From contig JAYWIR010000048.1 of the NCBI GenBank assembly GCA_036172245.1, positions 372,001-436,000 of the forward strand: a stretch of DNA of 64,000 nucleotides, in the 5' to 3' direction. Every line of letters starts with the position of its first letter. The stretch's first letter is position 1. The translations under genes were made by a program, and so were the position numbers. Origin of the DNA: Raillietiella orientalis (lineage: Eukaryota). The notes under the pieces were generated by a model that worked only from the letters and a program-made list of their open reading frames with translations, did not search any database and had not been told where the DNA came from. Shown in pieces: positions 12,760 to 27,139 of this stretch.

Positions 12760-13240
12760 GTCTGGTGGTAGACTTGATTTCCTTTTAGGTTCTTCAGCTT
12801 TCCTTCCAGCCTTTTCTTTTCCTTGCGGGTTTTCCTTCTTTCTTTTTTGGTTCGTTAAGTGTTGAAGAACCGTTCGCTCCCAGGAAGAGGGGAGGGGGCA
12901 GGGATCACAAAGCTCTTTAAGCACTACCCACGCCACCCGAAGGTGCGAGTAACTTTTCAGGTTATAGGGAGCAGCCCCGGAGGGAGGCCCCTGTGAATCG
13001 ATACAAATTCCTCTTATGGTCGGGAGGGAATCCCGAAGAAAATCTCTTCCTTATTCTCTACGGAGGGACCCTCTGAGGGGGCCAGTCCCCATTTCTTCTC
13101 CAGAGGGAACCCGAAAGGGAACCGCTCCTCCTCGTTTCCTCCTCTGAAGAGAGACTCAAAGTAACGCCTCTGGATTCCTATGAAGGCGCTCCCTGAAGGC
13201 AGAAGCGAGGTTCTTACACTCTGGAGAGGTGTCATTCAGC
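12760..13240 (-). mobile_element. LINE ORF2 3' remnant; related segment repeated at ~13955-14050
   Basis: TPLQ...EEIFFGIP...RVAWVVLKELCDP.PLP...RTVLQHLT here, versus KVARTVFKELCDPPP...RTVLQQLT at ~14.0 kb. Confidence 0.6.
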
Positions 13241-16129
13241 TCCATCATCACGACCAGAGGAATCCATCTCCTTGTTTGCTGTAAGGACTTGAAAAGTACC
13301 GGCATAGAAAAAAAAAAAAAAAACGCTCGTGAGGGGGCGATTCCGAGGAGCTTCGGGTGCGAAGAGCGACCAGACGGTTGTGGAACTGGAGGTTTTTTCA
13401 GCCCAGAGGCAGCAGGCGGACAAGAGGAAGAAGATGGTGGTGCGCGGCAGCAGCGAGCATCGATGCGACCACGTGCGCCGAAGACTCACTGCGGATCGCC
13501 GCCTGCGACGAAAGGCTGCCAGCAATCTTCCGATCAAGAGAACGGGTGGTAGGGATCGCGAGCAGTGTCCTCCCAAACATCTGCCTCGTCTACCAGAGCT
13601 GCGAGAGGAGCGTGTTCTCTCCGTGAGAGCAGCGGGCACCCCCCTCTCTCGGGCGTTGGCTGCTCAGAGTTCGCTTGATGCTGCTTCAAGACGGATGATT
13701 TGCACACTTCCCTGTGCCCCTGAAAGACATTGCGGATAATGAGAGTGGGCATCTGCCGATGAGTTTCTGGCTTCGTTTCCACCTGGCTTTGCTTCTCAAG
13801 TGGCAGGAACAGGAGCAGACGGGAATCGCGGCCTTCGACGTGCGAATGCAACCTTTGCACTGGAAGACACGGAGAAAGCCGATGCTCCCCTCAACCCCTG
13901 GATCTTCATAAGCATATGGTCTTCGAGCTGTACCTGAGCGGATGACGTACCTCGTTGTTAACTGCTGAAGAACCGTTCGGCTCCTGGATGGGAGGGAAGC
14001 GGGAGGGGGGTCACAAAGCTCTTTAAACACTGTCCGCGCCACCTTCGGGCGGCATGGACAGTGGAACCAAGAAGCGAATGAGACAAATGAGAGGGCCTCC
14101 TCAGTTTCGACGGGATACCGCTCTTCCTTTGCGAGCTGTCGAGACGGCGACCCTGCCGCAGCGAGGAGGAGCTCGATTGCGTTCCTCGTGTCATCTAAGC
14201 CGAATTCTATTGCTTCCAGATGAGTTCCTCGCATCCTAGCAAGGTTCGTGAGCGAACTAGTTCTGGATTCTGGCTCGGAGAGTGGCTAAAATCGAGTTTT
14301 CTTCAGTATCGTCCGGCGCCGGACAGAGTCTGCTCTAATAGTGGGTTCCGCAGGGAGGTCGGTGGGTGGGAAGACTTCTGGAGAGACAAAGGAAACCACA
14401 CTGATATCTCCACAGGGAGAAGGGATGCCTAAGGGTATCCCTTGGGATAGGTCGGAAGGAAGAAGCCAGAATGAGTGACCCGACGGCATGAGGATGCATG
14501 AAGATGCCTGTCGTTCTTAGCGGTCCGCAGGGCAGCATGAAGATGCCAGCATGCTGGCGAACCGCCAATGACGGCAGAACACTTTTGGTCCGAGAACATG
14601 AAGATTGCGACCTGGCAAGCATCTGAAGATGCGCCTCCGCTCTTCCTCCGAACAGCTTTACGGGCGCGCGGGAAGCGATTGAAGCACGCCGGGAGAACGT
14701 ATAATGGGCCGAACGCACCCTTCTGCGATCGAAATTTGCGTAGGATACCAGAAGACTCTTTCAGATGTAGCTGTGCTTTCTGGATCATCTCGTGGAATTT
14801 CGGTGAAGCCGGTGCGTCCGGCTTGACCGACATTCCATGAGATGATCCAGAAGTCGCCATCTCCCACAGGTTAGAAAGGGAAGCGCAGGTCGGGCCACGC
14901 GGGATGCCGGCTGCTTGGCCTGACCACCAAAGGTCTGCATCAAAGGCCGGCTCTTGAAGGAACAAAGGCGGGGAATTTCGGGGTGCGTCCTGTGGCAGCC
15001 TCGCTCGAGGTGAATCTGAAGCCGGATGTAGAAGGAAAATCAATGGAGAGCCAGCCCTCCGGAGGGGTCATCCCTTACTCGATCTGCCTTTCAGAAAACA
15101 AAAATGGAAATAAAATAAAATTGAAAAAAAAATTCTTTTCCTTCACTCCAGTCCCCGTTCTTTTTTTTCCCCACTAGTCGAAAAGTCTTCTTCCGAGGGA
15201 CCTCCTTCATACGGCTGCCTTAATGACTGCTGCCAGCAGGGAACTTCCGAATCCACTAATCTGTGCATTAGAAGTTTCCAGAAAGCATCTTCATTAAGGG
15301 AGTGGCAGGCGTAAAGAGCACATCACCATCCGTTCATCCATCGGAACCCGAAGCGATCCAGTCCGACGATCGCCTCACGTCGAATTTGCTCAGCTTCCCT
15401 CCATCTGCCCCCTGGAGATGCTCCGCCCTTTCGATGCACCCCAGTCCCCATGCAGTCACGGGGAGTGAGAGCCTCTACCCGATCTCCTCGGAGACGGACT
15501 TTCCCCTCTGAGTAAGGAAGCGCTCCTGGAAAGCTTCCGAGTACCCGGGATCCTGAAGAAAGAATGACGTTAATCGCTGCTCCCCCCCTACCAACCCAAC
15601 CCGGTTTCAGAGTTCCTCCGGAAAGACGGGAGCAGCGGGGAGGTGCGGGATGAATTCTTCCGTGTCAGATGCCTGGGGATCTGGGCCGCCGTCGTTGCAG
15701 CGCTGCGCTGCGGGGGCGTTCCCCGGTCCGGTTTTGTGCCGCCAGCCGTCGCTGCTTGGTCCGAGCGCGCTTCCAGCGAGGTGCAGGGAGGGGGGGAAGT
15801 CGTCTGCATCTAGCGTGAGGAGGAAACGGGAAAACGCTCTCGCCGAACTATTTATAAAACGTTCCATCATTCCTGGCCACTGCGGCTCCCAATCAGATCT
15901 CGGGACGCGGAAGCGGGGGCGAGCAGCTGGACAAGTGCATCGGATGGAAACTACAGGCTGGGATGATTTCGGCTCCCCGGCATTGCCGGCTGCAGGCGCG
16001 CGCGCGACCCCTGCTGTCTTGGAAAGATAAAGAGCTCTTCCTGTAAACTTTCCCGCCCGCTTCCCGGTTCCTTTTCAAGCGGCCGGCCCAGACCTGGGAA
16101 GATCTCGCAGGCCCAGACGCGGGATTTGC

Positions 16130-17858
16130 TATGGGCCGGGTGGCGGGGCCGAATCAAGCGCAGATAATGGGAAAAGATTTGTTTGCTGCAAAGCAAAAGG
16201 CTGCTGTCGTCAGCAGCCTTTTGCTTTCATCTCTCCTGCGCTCCAGGGCTTGCGGTAGAGCGCCCGAGTTGGCACCACCTACCTCCGGGCCTCAGGGACG
16301 AGTCCGACTTTTTGTTTCCGACCCGTGCGGGAGACAAAGGAAGGGGTCAAAAAGAGCCGCCTCTCGACTCCCTTTCGGGCGACTTCTACTCTCCAGAAGC
16401 GTGGTCGGCCTGCCTTCAAAAGATAGAGATGGCTCTCGGCCCGTCTTCGACGGCAAGCTGGTCTTACCGGAGCGGCCTCCACCTGAAACATTTTTGTTCC
16501 CCCCTCCTCCGCCCCTTATTTTTTGTTTGCCCTCCCCCTCATTTGGTGAAGATCCAGGCGCAACACCTCCTACGCAAAGCCTTGTGGGGCGCTGCAAGGT
16601 CCCGAATCCGGCTGCGGGTGGAATTCCGACTTCTCTCCCTGTGTGGGCAATTGCGGTCTTCTCATTGGTGTGCTCCGTCACGCCACATCCTCCAGCGATG
16701 AGTTGGCAGCTCAGGACTTCTTTCTTTGCTGCCGTACAACCTACGCTGGAGAACTGGATTCGGCTACTCCCTGAAGCATTTGTTCTCTTTATTGCTAGTC
16801 CATCCGTGGATCTCCTGCCGCCCATAAACTGGAATGCCTAGCGGTAGGAAGCTCTGGAGTACTGAACTGTCACTCTGAAAGTGAGTCCAGAGGGACTGCG
16901 AACGCTGCACGATCTCCTACGCAAACCGCTGGGAGATCTGTTCCGGATAGCCGTCACACCCCTTGCCGCAGCACTGTGTGCCCTCAGAGCAAGAAGTGAC
17001 GTCAGCCAACCGGCGGGGTGGGAGTTCTCCTGCAACATTTCAGGAGTCGAGAAACTCCTGGACGGCTGCAAGACGAGCGAATGGCTGGTGGACGGCGCCA
17101 CTCCTCGTTTCCGGGCAAAGGGAGTCCTTCGGTGGAGTGACCTGCTTGGTGTGTCCCCACGTAGAACTCGTGGTCCCTCCCCCGTGCGTGGACACCTCCG
17201 TGTTCCCGCTCCAGTGGAAAAAGAATGTTACGCTGTTTCTGCACTGGGGCTTCCCGTGCAGCCAGCGCAGCCACCTGGTTTCCGGAGGAACTACTTCCTG
17301 CACCGTTCAAGGTACGAGGCGATGGGATCCCTCCCTCACCTCCCTTGGACTGCAATGCCCTGGAGCGCATGTGGCGAAGACTCGCTTCGGCGCTCGGTCG
17401 ACCGCAGGACACTGCTTTGGACTTGCTGCGACGCTTCTTATCGGTGGTGGGCTGAAGAAAAGCGCTGTGATCGCAACAGTCTGTTGCATCCGCGCCATTG
17501 TGACAGTTCGCCATGTGCTAGAAGCAAGTTCTCGTCGAAGAGAGGCCACCAGCATGGCAGCAACCCTGATGAGGGCAGAAGCAAAGTGGCCTCACCTTCC
17601 ATAAGAAGTCGCCACGAAATTCTCAATCATCCAGCTTCGATTCTAGAAAGAGTGGAACGTCTTATACAAAGGACTCCTATCTCCACCCTCCCTTTTTCCC
17701 CCTCTATTTCTTGTCCCCTTTCTCCTCTCCCTGCTTGTCAGATGCCGGCCTGCGTGCCGGCCTTTTCTTGTTTTTTCGAGGAGATACCCTTCTTCCCCTA
17801 AAACTTGTGGTTTGTTTTGTTTTTGTAAAATAAACGTCCCGGCGTGACCGGGTTAAAA
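16130..17858 (+). mobile_element. 5'-truncated L1/Tx1-type LINE: RT C-terminus, zinc finger and structured 3' tail
   Basis: PEAWSACLQK...LLRPLFFVCP...LLRKALWG aligns with ORF 44084..44869. The VFPLQWKKNVTLFLHWG zinc-finger lead-in is present. It ends AATAAACGTCCCGGCGTGACCGGGTTAAAA (17829-17858). Confidence 0.85.
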
Positions 17859-20735
17859 CCTCCCTTTCGGCTCCACGGACGCTTCCTCAAGGAGGTCCTT
17901 GAGAAACGGGGAGGTTCGGCCGACCGCATCCCGCTGATGGGCCTCGAACCCTTTTGTCTCTCCTGGTCCCGGGGGACAATTGGTGATCAAAGGAAGGATA
18001 AACAAAGGAAAGGGTCCGTACCCTCTGGCGTTGAGAAGCCGCTCTCCTTTGCTGCACAAAAGACCGAAACGTGGCCGCCTTCAAGGAGTGCTCAGGTGGA
18101 TCCGGGAACCTCCCTGCGTTCCTCGCAGTCAGGGGAATGGAAGGTGGGTGGAGTGAAGCTCTTGAACGGCGGTAACCCAAACAGGTGTCCTGCTCGCTTT
18201 CCGATCACGTCTTCGCTTGTATGCAATGCTTTTAAGAGGAGGGGGGGGGGAGGAAATTCCTTTTCTAAATGGCTCATTGTCCTGGAAATAAAAACGTATC
18301 TAAGCACATTGGGAGAGGAGTCCCCAGAGTTGCCTGGCTACATACGAGTCAAGGGCGAAAGTCCAAAAGCTCTCACAGAAGAATGACCAGCAAGCGTTGT
18401 TTCGCGACGTGAAAAAAAGGGACAAGGGAATCGCACAGAGGAACCAGGTCAGGCAACAAAGCGCAAGTGTGTCCACGTCGTACATGGCTGTGCGGTACAT
18501 CGAGATGAACGAGTCACAGCAAATGGCTTTGCTTTTTTTTTGTGAAGCACAAGCGACTCAACACGCACTCCGTCTGAAGCCCGGCATCGCGTAGCAACGT
18601 CAACGTGTGCGGTCAGCATGGCGGCCGGCGATGCAGTCCCCCGAAATACAGGGTAAGCCGATTCCAGCTTACCGACCGACCACCTTTCCCCCTCTACCCC
18701 ACCTCGTCTCGCCGCAAAGTCAGACTTGGGGAGGAACGGTTTTCAAGGGGAGGGTTCACTCCATAGCGCAGGTACGCATGGGCACATGCGACGGCGGCGC
18801 CGTTTCCTGGTTCCCGACATTCTCGTGGCTCTCGTGCCTCCGCTGCCGTAGCATTCTGGAAGCTTGCGATGGAATCCTCCTCAGGTTCATCAGCCCGACT
18901 GGTTTTCTTTTCGGCTCCCGGGCATGGCATGCCATGCCACGAAAGGGGCATGGCAGTACTGCAGGGGCCTGGCAGGAAGGAGAGGTACGCCCGTCGCTTT
19001 CAGGACGAAAATTCAGCCGGGACGGCCCCTGCACTACCGCTGCAAGCGACCTTGGAAAGATCCGCTGCTCTTTAGACGCTGAAGGCCTGCTGGCCCGCAC
19101 CGCGCAGCGCACTGCGTCTGTCCTCGCCAGGGATTCAGGATGCAGCAAAGGATCCTTCCCTGATTTTCAAGCTTTTCTGTCGGAAACAGTTCTTTCCCCG
19201 TCCTGGTGTGAGGTCTGTCTCAGCCTCAGGTGCCTGGGGTGGTGCCATCTCCGGTACTCAGCTCCGTCAAAATCCCGATTGCTCTGGCCGACAAACTCGA
19301 AACGAGAAGCAGCCCCGCGGAAAGTGCTCGGGGATGCAAAGAGCGGAGTCCTCTAGCCGCGCGTAGGAATAGCGGAAGGGTTGGACTGGCCAGCGGCTTT
19401 CCAATTGATCCCGAGGGACTGCGTCGGGTAGGCAAGGGACGGAACGGGACGGGATGAAGTGCAGGTTCCTTCGCGTCCCACTTCCCAGACCGGGCTCTTC
19501 GTAGGAGGCAATAGCGATTGTCGCTGGCTGTCCGGCCACATCCTTCTTCCTCCGTTCTGGCTTTCGCCGTTACTCATGAGTGTCGGAGGAATCGCCAGCG
19601 ACAGGCAGAACTTCCGGCACGCGAACTTCTCTCCAAAGAGGTCTTCCGGGGGGAAGGGGCGCATCATGGGAGATGAAAGCGCCTCAGGGATGCGCTCCCA
19701 TCCTTGACGCAGCCCCCTGAGCTCCAGCAAACACGTTCGGGAGTATCTCCGCCTTCCCACAGTCGACGCACTCCCTGGGTACTCTCCCCTTTGAAGACGC
19801 GTGATGACCACGGCTTCACCAGGCCAAAAGGAAGCATGCAGGAAAGATTTTCTCTCAAAGGAAACGACACGACGCCGATTTTTGTTTATAGGTCGACTGA
19901 GTTCTTGTGTCTACTTTTATCGACCAATCATCTTCTCTGCTGGAAAGACCAAAAAAAAAAACAAAAACAAAAGAAATAAAAGAAAAATGATCATGAGCCA
20001 GTCAGCTCATAGTGCAAAAGAGATGTCACGAGCACAACGGTACTCAGGTCGGAATACATGGTGGCGTGTGAAATATCGAACGATGGATTCTGGAATTCCG
20101 CAGTTCTTCGGTGAAGAAGTAATCGAAATTTGATTCCCAGGCAAGCACATTGTAGTCTCCGGTCCTGGAAACCGACATGAAGAACTTCTCCCGGATTTAT
20201 CGCTTAATAAAGTGCCAACTGCAAAAGTCACGAAGGGAAAGGCAAGCTCGAGCTGGCGCGATCTCCGGCATGGGACAGAAGCCACAGCCGTGATACCGAT
20301 GAAACCTCGGCTCACGTGCTAGAGTTAATCCAGATGCTCGCTCCCACCTGTTGCTCAGGAAACATCGGGCTGCTCACTTGACGCCCCACGGTCCTTTGTC
20401 GGAGGTGAGATGGACCTACACAGGACTCACGGAATCGGCGGCCGTAAGAGGGGCCTCTGGAAGCGGTGCGTGTGCTTTCGTTCCCAAGAGTTTCCAGGGA
20501 TGATCCGTGACACCAGCCAACTCGTTTCGATCCCTCGCCAGGCTGCTGAGCGACGCCGGAGATCAAGACAACTTGATCACCATACGTGAACACGATGCGT
20601 GTTTGAAGTGGTTCAAGAAGGCGCTTCGTCACCTCTGAGGATCCAAAACAAACAAACAATCAATCAACACACGAAAAAGAAAACACATGGTAAAAAATAT
20701 CTTTTTAGAGATTGTAGATAGGCAACGGAGGAAGT

Positions 20736-22060
20736 TTTTCACCGGTCACGCCGGGGCGTTTCTTTTATAAAAAGTGAACCAGTTGGGAACACACTGGTTC
20801 CCAGTCGAAGACAAAAGAAGTTTAGGGGAAGGGTCCATCGATTCTCATGTCGAGATATCCAAAAGCACGGAACGAGAGAGGGGAGGGGGAGAAGCACACA
20901 AAAATGAGAGGGGATGGGACAAGTGTCTTTGGGTTCGCCCCATGTACACCAGGATCAATGTATAAAAACCGGGAAAGGTACGGAGCGAAAAGGAGTGGGG
21001 AATAAGAGAAACACGCCGGCTATCGCGTTCACTTCTTGCAGTGAGGCCCCCTTGCACCTGTCCTCATGTAGGCGGCTGCCATCCACTGGCCTCCCTTCGC
21101 TGCATGGTCGTTCAAGCACATGGCAGGTCGTGACTATGGCACGGGCGCAACCCATCGTTGCGGTCATCGCGACCGTGGGAAGTTCTCCCGGAACGAAGCA
21201 CCGTAGCAGCAGGTCGCGAGCTGTGTCCTGGCGAAGGAGCGCCGACGCCAGCATCCGCTACAGCTGCTGGGGAGCACCGCAGTCCAAAAGCAGGTGCAGG
21301 ATCGACTCCGCGAACCCGCACCTGGCACAGATGGGGATGCAACTCCTGCGGAAATGCGATGCTGTAGCTCGTTGCACCGGGATTCCCAGTGGAGGAAGAT
21401 CAGCACGTCCTGTTTCCAGGAGAACCGGAACACTGAAGAGTTCACGCGATGGAGAAGAACCACAAGTTCTTCAGGGACAACATTCAAGAGTTCGCTCCAC
21501 CGAAGGAGTCCCGTCGCCAAAGCACGCGGAGTGGCAGCATCCACCAGCTGGCGCGTCTTTCAATCGCCAAGGAGTTTGGTTTCTTCCCTCGATGGTGCAG
21601 GAAAACTCCCGCCTTGTCGGTCGGCTGCTGCCGTCGCTTGCCGTGAGGAATGGAGAAAGCAAGCAGCTCAAGAGAACGGCGAACCCTCTCGATCCTGCTC
21701 GCCTGGTGATTTCTCTGCCTAACATTTGATTCGGAACGGACCGAGGTGCCATGGTGACCTTGCCTCACCTAAAACAGGGAACAGTTGCGGAGCAAACGCT
21801 GAAACCACGAGGTGCGTGCTCAAGAGCTCGGTTTCCTTGCAACAGCTCAAGCTGCTTCGGCGTCTGCATTTGTCACCGAAACATTATCTCCGCGCTCACG
21901 AGGAAAATGCATTTTCGACGTTTGCATACAGCAGCAGTCTGTAGGGTCCGGTTCCACGGATGCCCCCCAGCTCATGCTGATTGGGTGGAGGGAAATTTCA
22001 TTCCATGCAGCGTAGGGAAGGAGAAGGAAAAATACTACAGGTGCTGTCAAGCATACGTTG
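20736..22060 (-). mobile_element. 5'-truncated LINE of the same group, with 3' tail
   Basis: SVFRFSWKQDVLIFLHWESRC in ORF 21164..21544 matches the 16-17 kb copy. The terminal motif on the minus strand is AAGAAACGCCCCGGCGTGACCGGTGAAAAA (20736-20765). Confidence 0.85.
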
Positions 22061-23279
22061 CTCCGCTCAAATGAGATGAAGCTGTTGAAGCATTCACCTG
22101 ATGACCAGGGTTTGCAGGCACCATCGCCAGTCGAACGGTCAGCCGTGCCAGCAGAAATTCATTAGAACAGGCGCAGGGTTTCCGTTTTTCCCATCAGAGG
22201 CAGCTCTTGGAAACGAAGCCCACATTTCCACAGCAACCCTCGGAGCCTTCTCCGTCCATTCTCCTTCTCAGAGCACTCACTGGATCTTCGGAAAAACGAA
22301 AGGTGCTTCATCATCCAACGTCACGTCTGGAGCTCAATCCTAGCAAAAGAAGCAGAAAATTTCTGGGCAGAAAGCAATAACTGCTGAGCGCAAAGCATGC
22401 AGCATCAGATGCCACGATCTTCAAACTTTGCAGAAACTCCCGACGACCATAAACGGCATCAGAAGCGGAGAAACCAGGATTCAACGCATCTACAAAAGCG
22501 CCTTCATGAGTCGAGTCTTCCAAGAAAGCCTTTATGAAGGAATAAGCATCTCCACACGATAAGGTAACCAAAACAGCGGCTTTCTCAGGAAAGGGAAGAG
22601 AAAATTCAGTCGTCAGAACCAAAAACAAGAAGAGGATCCATAATAGAAGACAGCGATTTCTTGGTTTTATTAAGATCTCCACGTGCGAGCTCATCCAGAG
22701 ATGGCTCTCAAATCCCATGGAGCTGAATGTGCGCACACGAAGAGCACAGGTGACCATGGAAAAGGAAACACACTCCGAAACATCATTATCGAAAGGTGGC
22801 TGCCAACCTTTGCGACCTCCTAGACTGCCGGAGAAGCGCGTCCAAGATGGGGCAGCGAAGAATGCCATCCCAGCGAAGAATGCCATTTGGAAAAACCCAG
22901 GTCGCGCACGAAACATCCTGCGCTACTGCCAATCGACGCTCTCCCAAGACGCGGAGACGCCGCCGCCTCTGTTGCCACGGCAGCACCTCCTTTCAGCTCT
23001 CACACCCGAGGAATCCATCCGCGCCAACTGCCGGTCGCGTGCCAACTGAACCTGCCGCGGTCACTCTGCACAGCCGACGGACCAACCTCTCCGGTACCTC
23101 GCCTCCCGCAACCGCCAGCCCAGGAAAACTCTCGTGTCTTCGACACACCCTCCGAAGAGACAAATGCTACGACGTAGCCCTTGCTGGACCATCCACGCTC
23201 AGACGGAAACACAAGTCCACGGACTCAAGGTGCCCACGGACAGGTCACCGCGGTATCGCAAGGAGGAGGTGACAAGCAA

Positions 23280-25900
23280 GTAAAGGCCCCCGCGTCCATG
23301 CAAGCTCGGCAGGAGGAGCAGAGCCGTTGGTGCCGACCCACCCTCTGACCAGACGTGTCAACAAAAAGGACAGAAGCCGGTGACCTCCACGCATCCCGTG
23401 CCTCCCCTCTCCCTCCAAATCCGAAACGAGTCCCCCCTCAAGCGTCGCGACATCCCGGCGAACCGTGTGGAGCTCTCCAGGAGAGGCCTCCGAACGATCT
23501 CGCGCAAAAGGTGACGACGACGTCCCACGGTCCACGGACGCACCCACCTCATCCCCGCGCAAGGAGTCAGCGCCGAAGGGACCCTTCGCCCCCTCCCCCC
23601 CCGTGCCGGCAAACGACGAGCTTCGAGCGCACAGCATGCGAGGGAGGACACGCCCCGGAAGCAAGCACGAGGCCCCGCAACCCAAGGCGCCTACTTGGCC
23701 CTCCCGACTGGATTGCGCTGCCTCCGCCGCCTTTCAAGACGCCGTGCAGGGCCGCAGCGGCCTCCGCGACCGCGGGTAGCCAGAAGGCGAAGCAGCGACG
23801 ACACCATCACAGGACCTCGAGATCCTTCCTCCGCGTTCGACCCTCTCTGCCATCGGGGTGCTGGGCGGCAGCAGCCGTCGCTGGTCGTCCATCATCCCGG
23901 ACGGGGGTCCTTCCTCCTTTCCTCCTCTCCGCGCCGCCCGGACGTTCCCTGTTGAGCGGAACCTAGACGAGTCCTCCCCCGCGCGCGATATCCCTTGGGG
24001 AGGAAGAGAGGCGCGCTGTCGCCGGGGTCGACCGGCGCGAGACCAGAAGTGCGTAGGCAGCCCTGCGACAGGACAGGAGTTGGCGGGAGCCCCTCCCCTC
24101 CCCCCTCTCTCCGCACATCTGTGCACGCTTCCGCTGCTGCTCGCTGACTGCTGGCGGGCCTCCTGGGACACCTCCCTCCTGCCAGGGGAGTACAACTTCC
24201 CGGTTCCCTCCGGAGCGCAGCTGCTCGCACCGGCATCGAGCCCAAATTACTCACGTGCCGGTACGCGGCTCATTCCTGCGAAGAGCGAGCACAATCTTAA
24301 CAAGGATGTGATGGAACGTTTCTCCCTCATTTGCCCTCCATCCGGATCGAAAGAGGACCGATTGGGGGACGACGCGCCTCATCTGGCCTCCGCCTCCGTC
24401 CGAGGGGTGTCAGTCGCTCGCTCGCCTCGCCACGGAGGTCGGGTCGGGCTACCAGAAAGGCCCGAAGAAGAGGGGAACCGACGGCGCGCCAAGCATCCCG
24501 CGGGGAACTTTCTCGGCAAAGCGTTGGCGTGTTGCGGAGGTGCTCCCGCCCGCACCAGTATCGTCCGTCCATCGGCACGCGATACCGCCCGCCCTGCGGC
24601 GGCTGCGCCGGTTCGTAAGACCGCAGAGAGCTGAAGACCTGAGCTGATCTTCCCCGCCGGAGGCTGCGTCCGCGGTCCTCGACGGCCGCCTGCTCCCCGG
24701 CCGGAAGCTCTCCTGTCCATCCGCTTCCCCATTGCCCTGGAGGTGCCTTCCCATCGCCTCGGATGACTCGCAGCGGTCCTTCCACGTTTCCCTCCAGACG
24801 CTCCGTGGGACGTGCGATCTGCGAGACGTCTTGGTGGCAGGCTGTCGCGCCAGGGACCGGTGCACGCGCGCACGATGCGTGCGAGGTTACGCGGAATGAC
24901 CTCCTCCTCGGAGTCGTCCCAACGGCCAGCTTGTGCCCTTTCCCTGCCCTTTTGCCCGCAAGGAGACCGTGCGCCCTGCTGCGCAGGTCCGCTTCGCCCC
25001 TTGGAGGGGGACAACGGGCGTGCCACAGGCAGGTCGTGCCGTCGTTGCTGCCAGCAGCCCGACATCAGCGCGTGGTGCACCAGTGTGCCACTTGCCACGT
25101 GTGAAGTGGCCAGGTTCCTCATCGCTGCACGCGACTGTGGCGTGACCATCGCAGGCCGGCCGAGGAGTCCGGCCATCGAGGGTAAGGACCGAGTGGGCAA
25201 AAGAGTCCCTCGCTTGGGTTGGCGACCACTGCCTGTGGTCGCCACCCCAAGCGGTCGCGTACATGGATGGTGTTAAAGGAGCTCCAGCGTCCCTGGACAA
25301 GATTCGGCCAAGATGAAGCGTCGTTCCTGGGCGCGTTTGACTGGCCGCTTGTCTTCGCTGCGCGATACGCATGCGACACGTGCGATAGGAGGCACCGGCA
25401 CGGCGACGGGTGACGACGCACGGAATTATCGATCGACGCGCGGGCGGCTTGCAGGTGCCTCTCGCTGTGGACGTGCGCAAGAAAACCGTCGGCCGTGGTA
25501 GCCACAGACCTCACCCCGTGAGGTCTTCCGTGAAGCCACGCAAGCCAACGTCTTCGGCGAGTACTCCCGGCGTTCGCTGGAAGCGCCGCTAAGGATCGCG
25601 TCGGCCACCTGCCGGGATCTCGATTCCCGGTTCTTTGAGGGTCTTCTCCTCTGGGAGCGGTAGCGCCCCCTCCCTTCTTCCACCGCCCAAGACTTTGGTG
25701 TCGACCTCGCCGTGTCCCTGGGATGCTTGAGCCGGTGGGATGGGAGCGGTGCTACTCCGAGGACTGCTGGCTTGGAGGCGAAGCTGCTGCCAATGCAGCT
25801 GGTGTCTGAAGGGAGTGTTAATTCGAGGGGGAGATCCCGGAAGCATGGGAAGCACTGCAAGATTTATGAGTACGAGAAGAATGTGGGGAAGAGCTGCGTT
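23280..25900 (-). mobile_element. Decayed GC-rich LINE ORF1 region
   Basis: LTLDGRTPRPACDGHATVACSDEEPGHF (25100-25200) looks like eroded CCHC knuckles, followed by a long GC-rich disordered tail. The many overlapping ORFs reflect high GC. Confidence 0.55.
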
Positions 25901-26184
25901 TGATTAGGGAGGAAGAGGGACGGGGATTGAGTTTCCGTTTTTGCTGTGTAGGTTGGGAGTTTGTAAGACGGGAACTTGTAGAACGTGCCTGTGGGTTACT
26001 CTCTGAGCCAGGAAGATGTCCACTCGATGATTAGCGGGTGGGATGGGGCGTTACTTTTAGTGGCTTTGCCTTGGGAAGCTGTCTCTTTCAGGAACGGCGT
26101 TGCCTGCGGTCGGTACGAGGGAGCTTCGGCAACCCATTTGGTGTTCGACACCTGAAATGCATTCCTGATGCAGCTCCGAATTGG

Positions 26185-27090
26185 TTTGTCATCCGGTCAC
26201 GCCGAAGCGTTTATTATAAAAAATAATAAACATCCATGTGTGGGGCCATCGGTCCTAGGTTGTCCGAAAGTGTTCAGAATTTACCAAACAACCGGCATGC
26301 AGGTCAGCGGGATTCGCCTCGGCGGCGAAGGGGGAGGGGCAAAAAAAAAATCAAAATAAAATAAAAATCAATAAAAAAAACTCTGGGGGGTACGGGGTAC
26401 CCCTGGAATGCGTCCTCTGAGTCCTTTCCAGGATGCCGGCCTCCTCTCGTGTAGCTCCAGGCCGCCACAAGCCCGCGTAGGCAGCAAAGAGTTAGTAGGG
26501 ATGCAGCAGGCAAAAGGGCAGCGCGTACCAAGAGGCGCTTCATCGCGTTCCCGGGATTGTCCGTCGGTGCGCCCAGGGCCGTTGCCTAGGACAACCAAGG
26601 GAGCGGAGGGCAACGCAGTCTACCAGCAGGTGCGGGAGGGATTCTCATTCCCCGAACCTGCAACAGTTGGGGTCCACAACCACCTGGGTCCAGTGAGACC
26701 GGCGGGCGTTGCACGGGAGGCCTCAGTGCAACAGCAGAAGTGCCGACTCTTGCCATTTCAGGGGGAGGACACAGTTGTTCTTCAGAGCTAGGGGCCACTC
26801 AAGGTCTTCCTGTGGAATTCCCAGCAGTTCACCCCAGAGCCATAATCCTTTCTGTAGGACACTTGGGGTCGCAGCCTTCGAGAGCTGGCCCATGGTTCAA
26901 CCACCTAATTCCTTCGTCCGCAGGAATTAGGTGACCACCTCCCATCTGACCGGCTGGTTCCTGCCCAGGTAGGAAGCCTGAGGGAGGCAGCGCCGCAGAT
27001 AGGGAGGTTTTTTGAGCCCACGCACACGTGGTGGACTACTGCATGATGAAAGTCATGCAGCGAGCGGTTGTGGTAGGAGTGCAGCAGTCA
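26185..27090 (-). mobile_element. 906-bp 5'-truncated LINE insertion with 14-bp TSD
   Basis: TSD: CAGCTCCGAATTGG (26171-26184) and CAGCTCTGAATTGG (27091-27104). The 3' end on the minus strand is AATAAACGCTTCGGCGTGACCGGATGACAAA. Confidence 0.9.
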
Positions 27091-27139
27091 CAGCTCTGAA
27101 TTGGGGTACCCCGAAGGGGTCATCCCGAGGAACCCTTAA

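Noticed and set aside
17560..17590. Hammerhead ribozyme cores (CTGATGA here and at several other sites)
   Set aside because: No stem II plus GAAA could be found after the occurrences I checked by eye.
17829..17858. Terminal hairpin read as a Helitron 3' end
   Set aside because: There is no CTRR terminus, Helitrons do not make TSDs, and the motif follows LINE ORF2.
15966..17880. Candidate TSDs for the 16.1-17.9 kb element (CTCCCTTTCGG-like at ~16368; TTTCGGCTCC.CGG at ~15967)
   Set aside because: RT homology runs through the first site, and the second is offset from the terminus. Both are probably chance matches.
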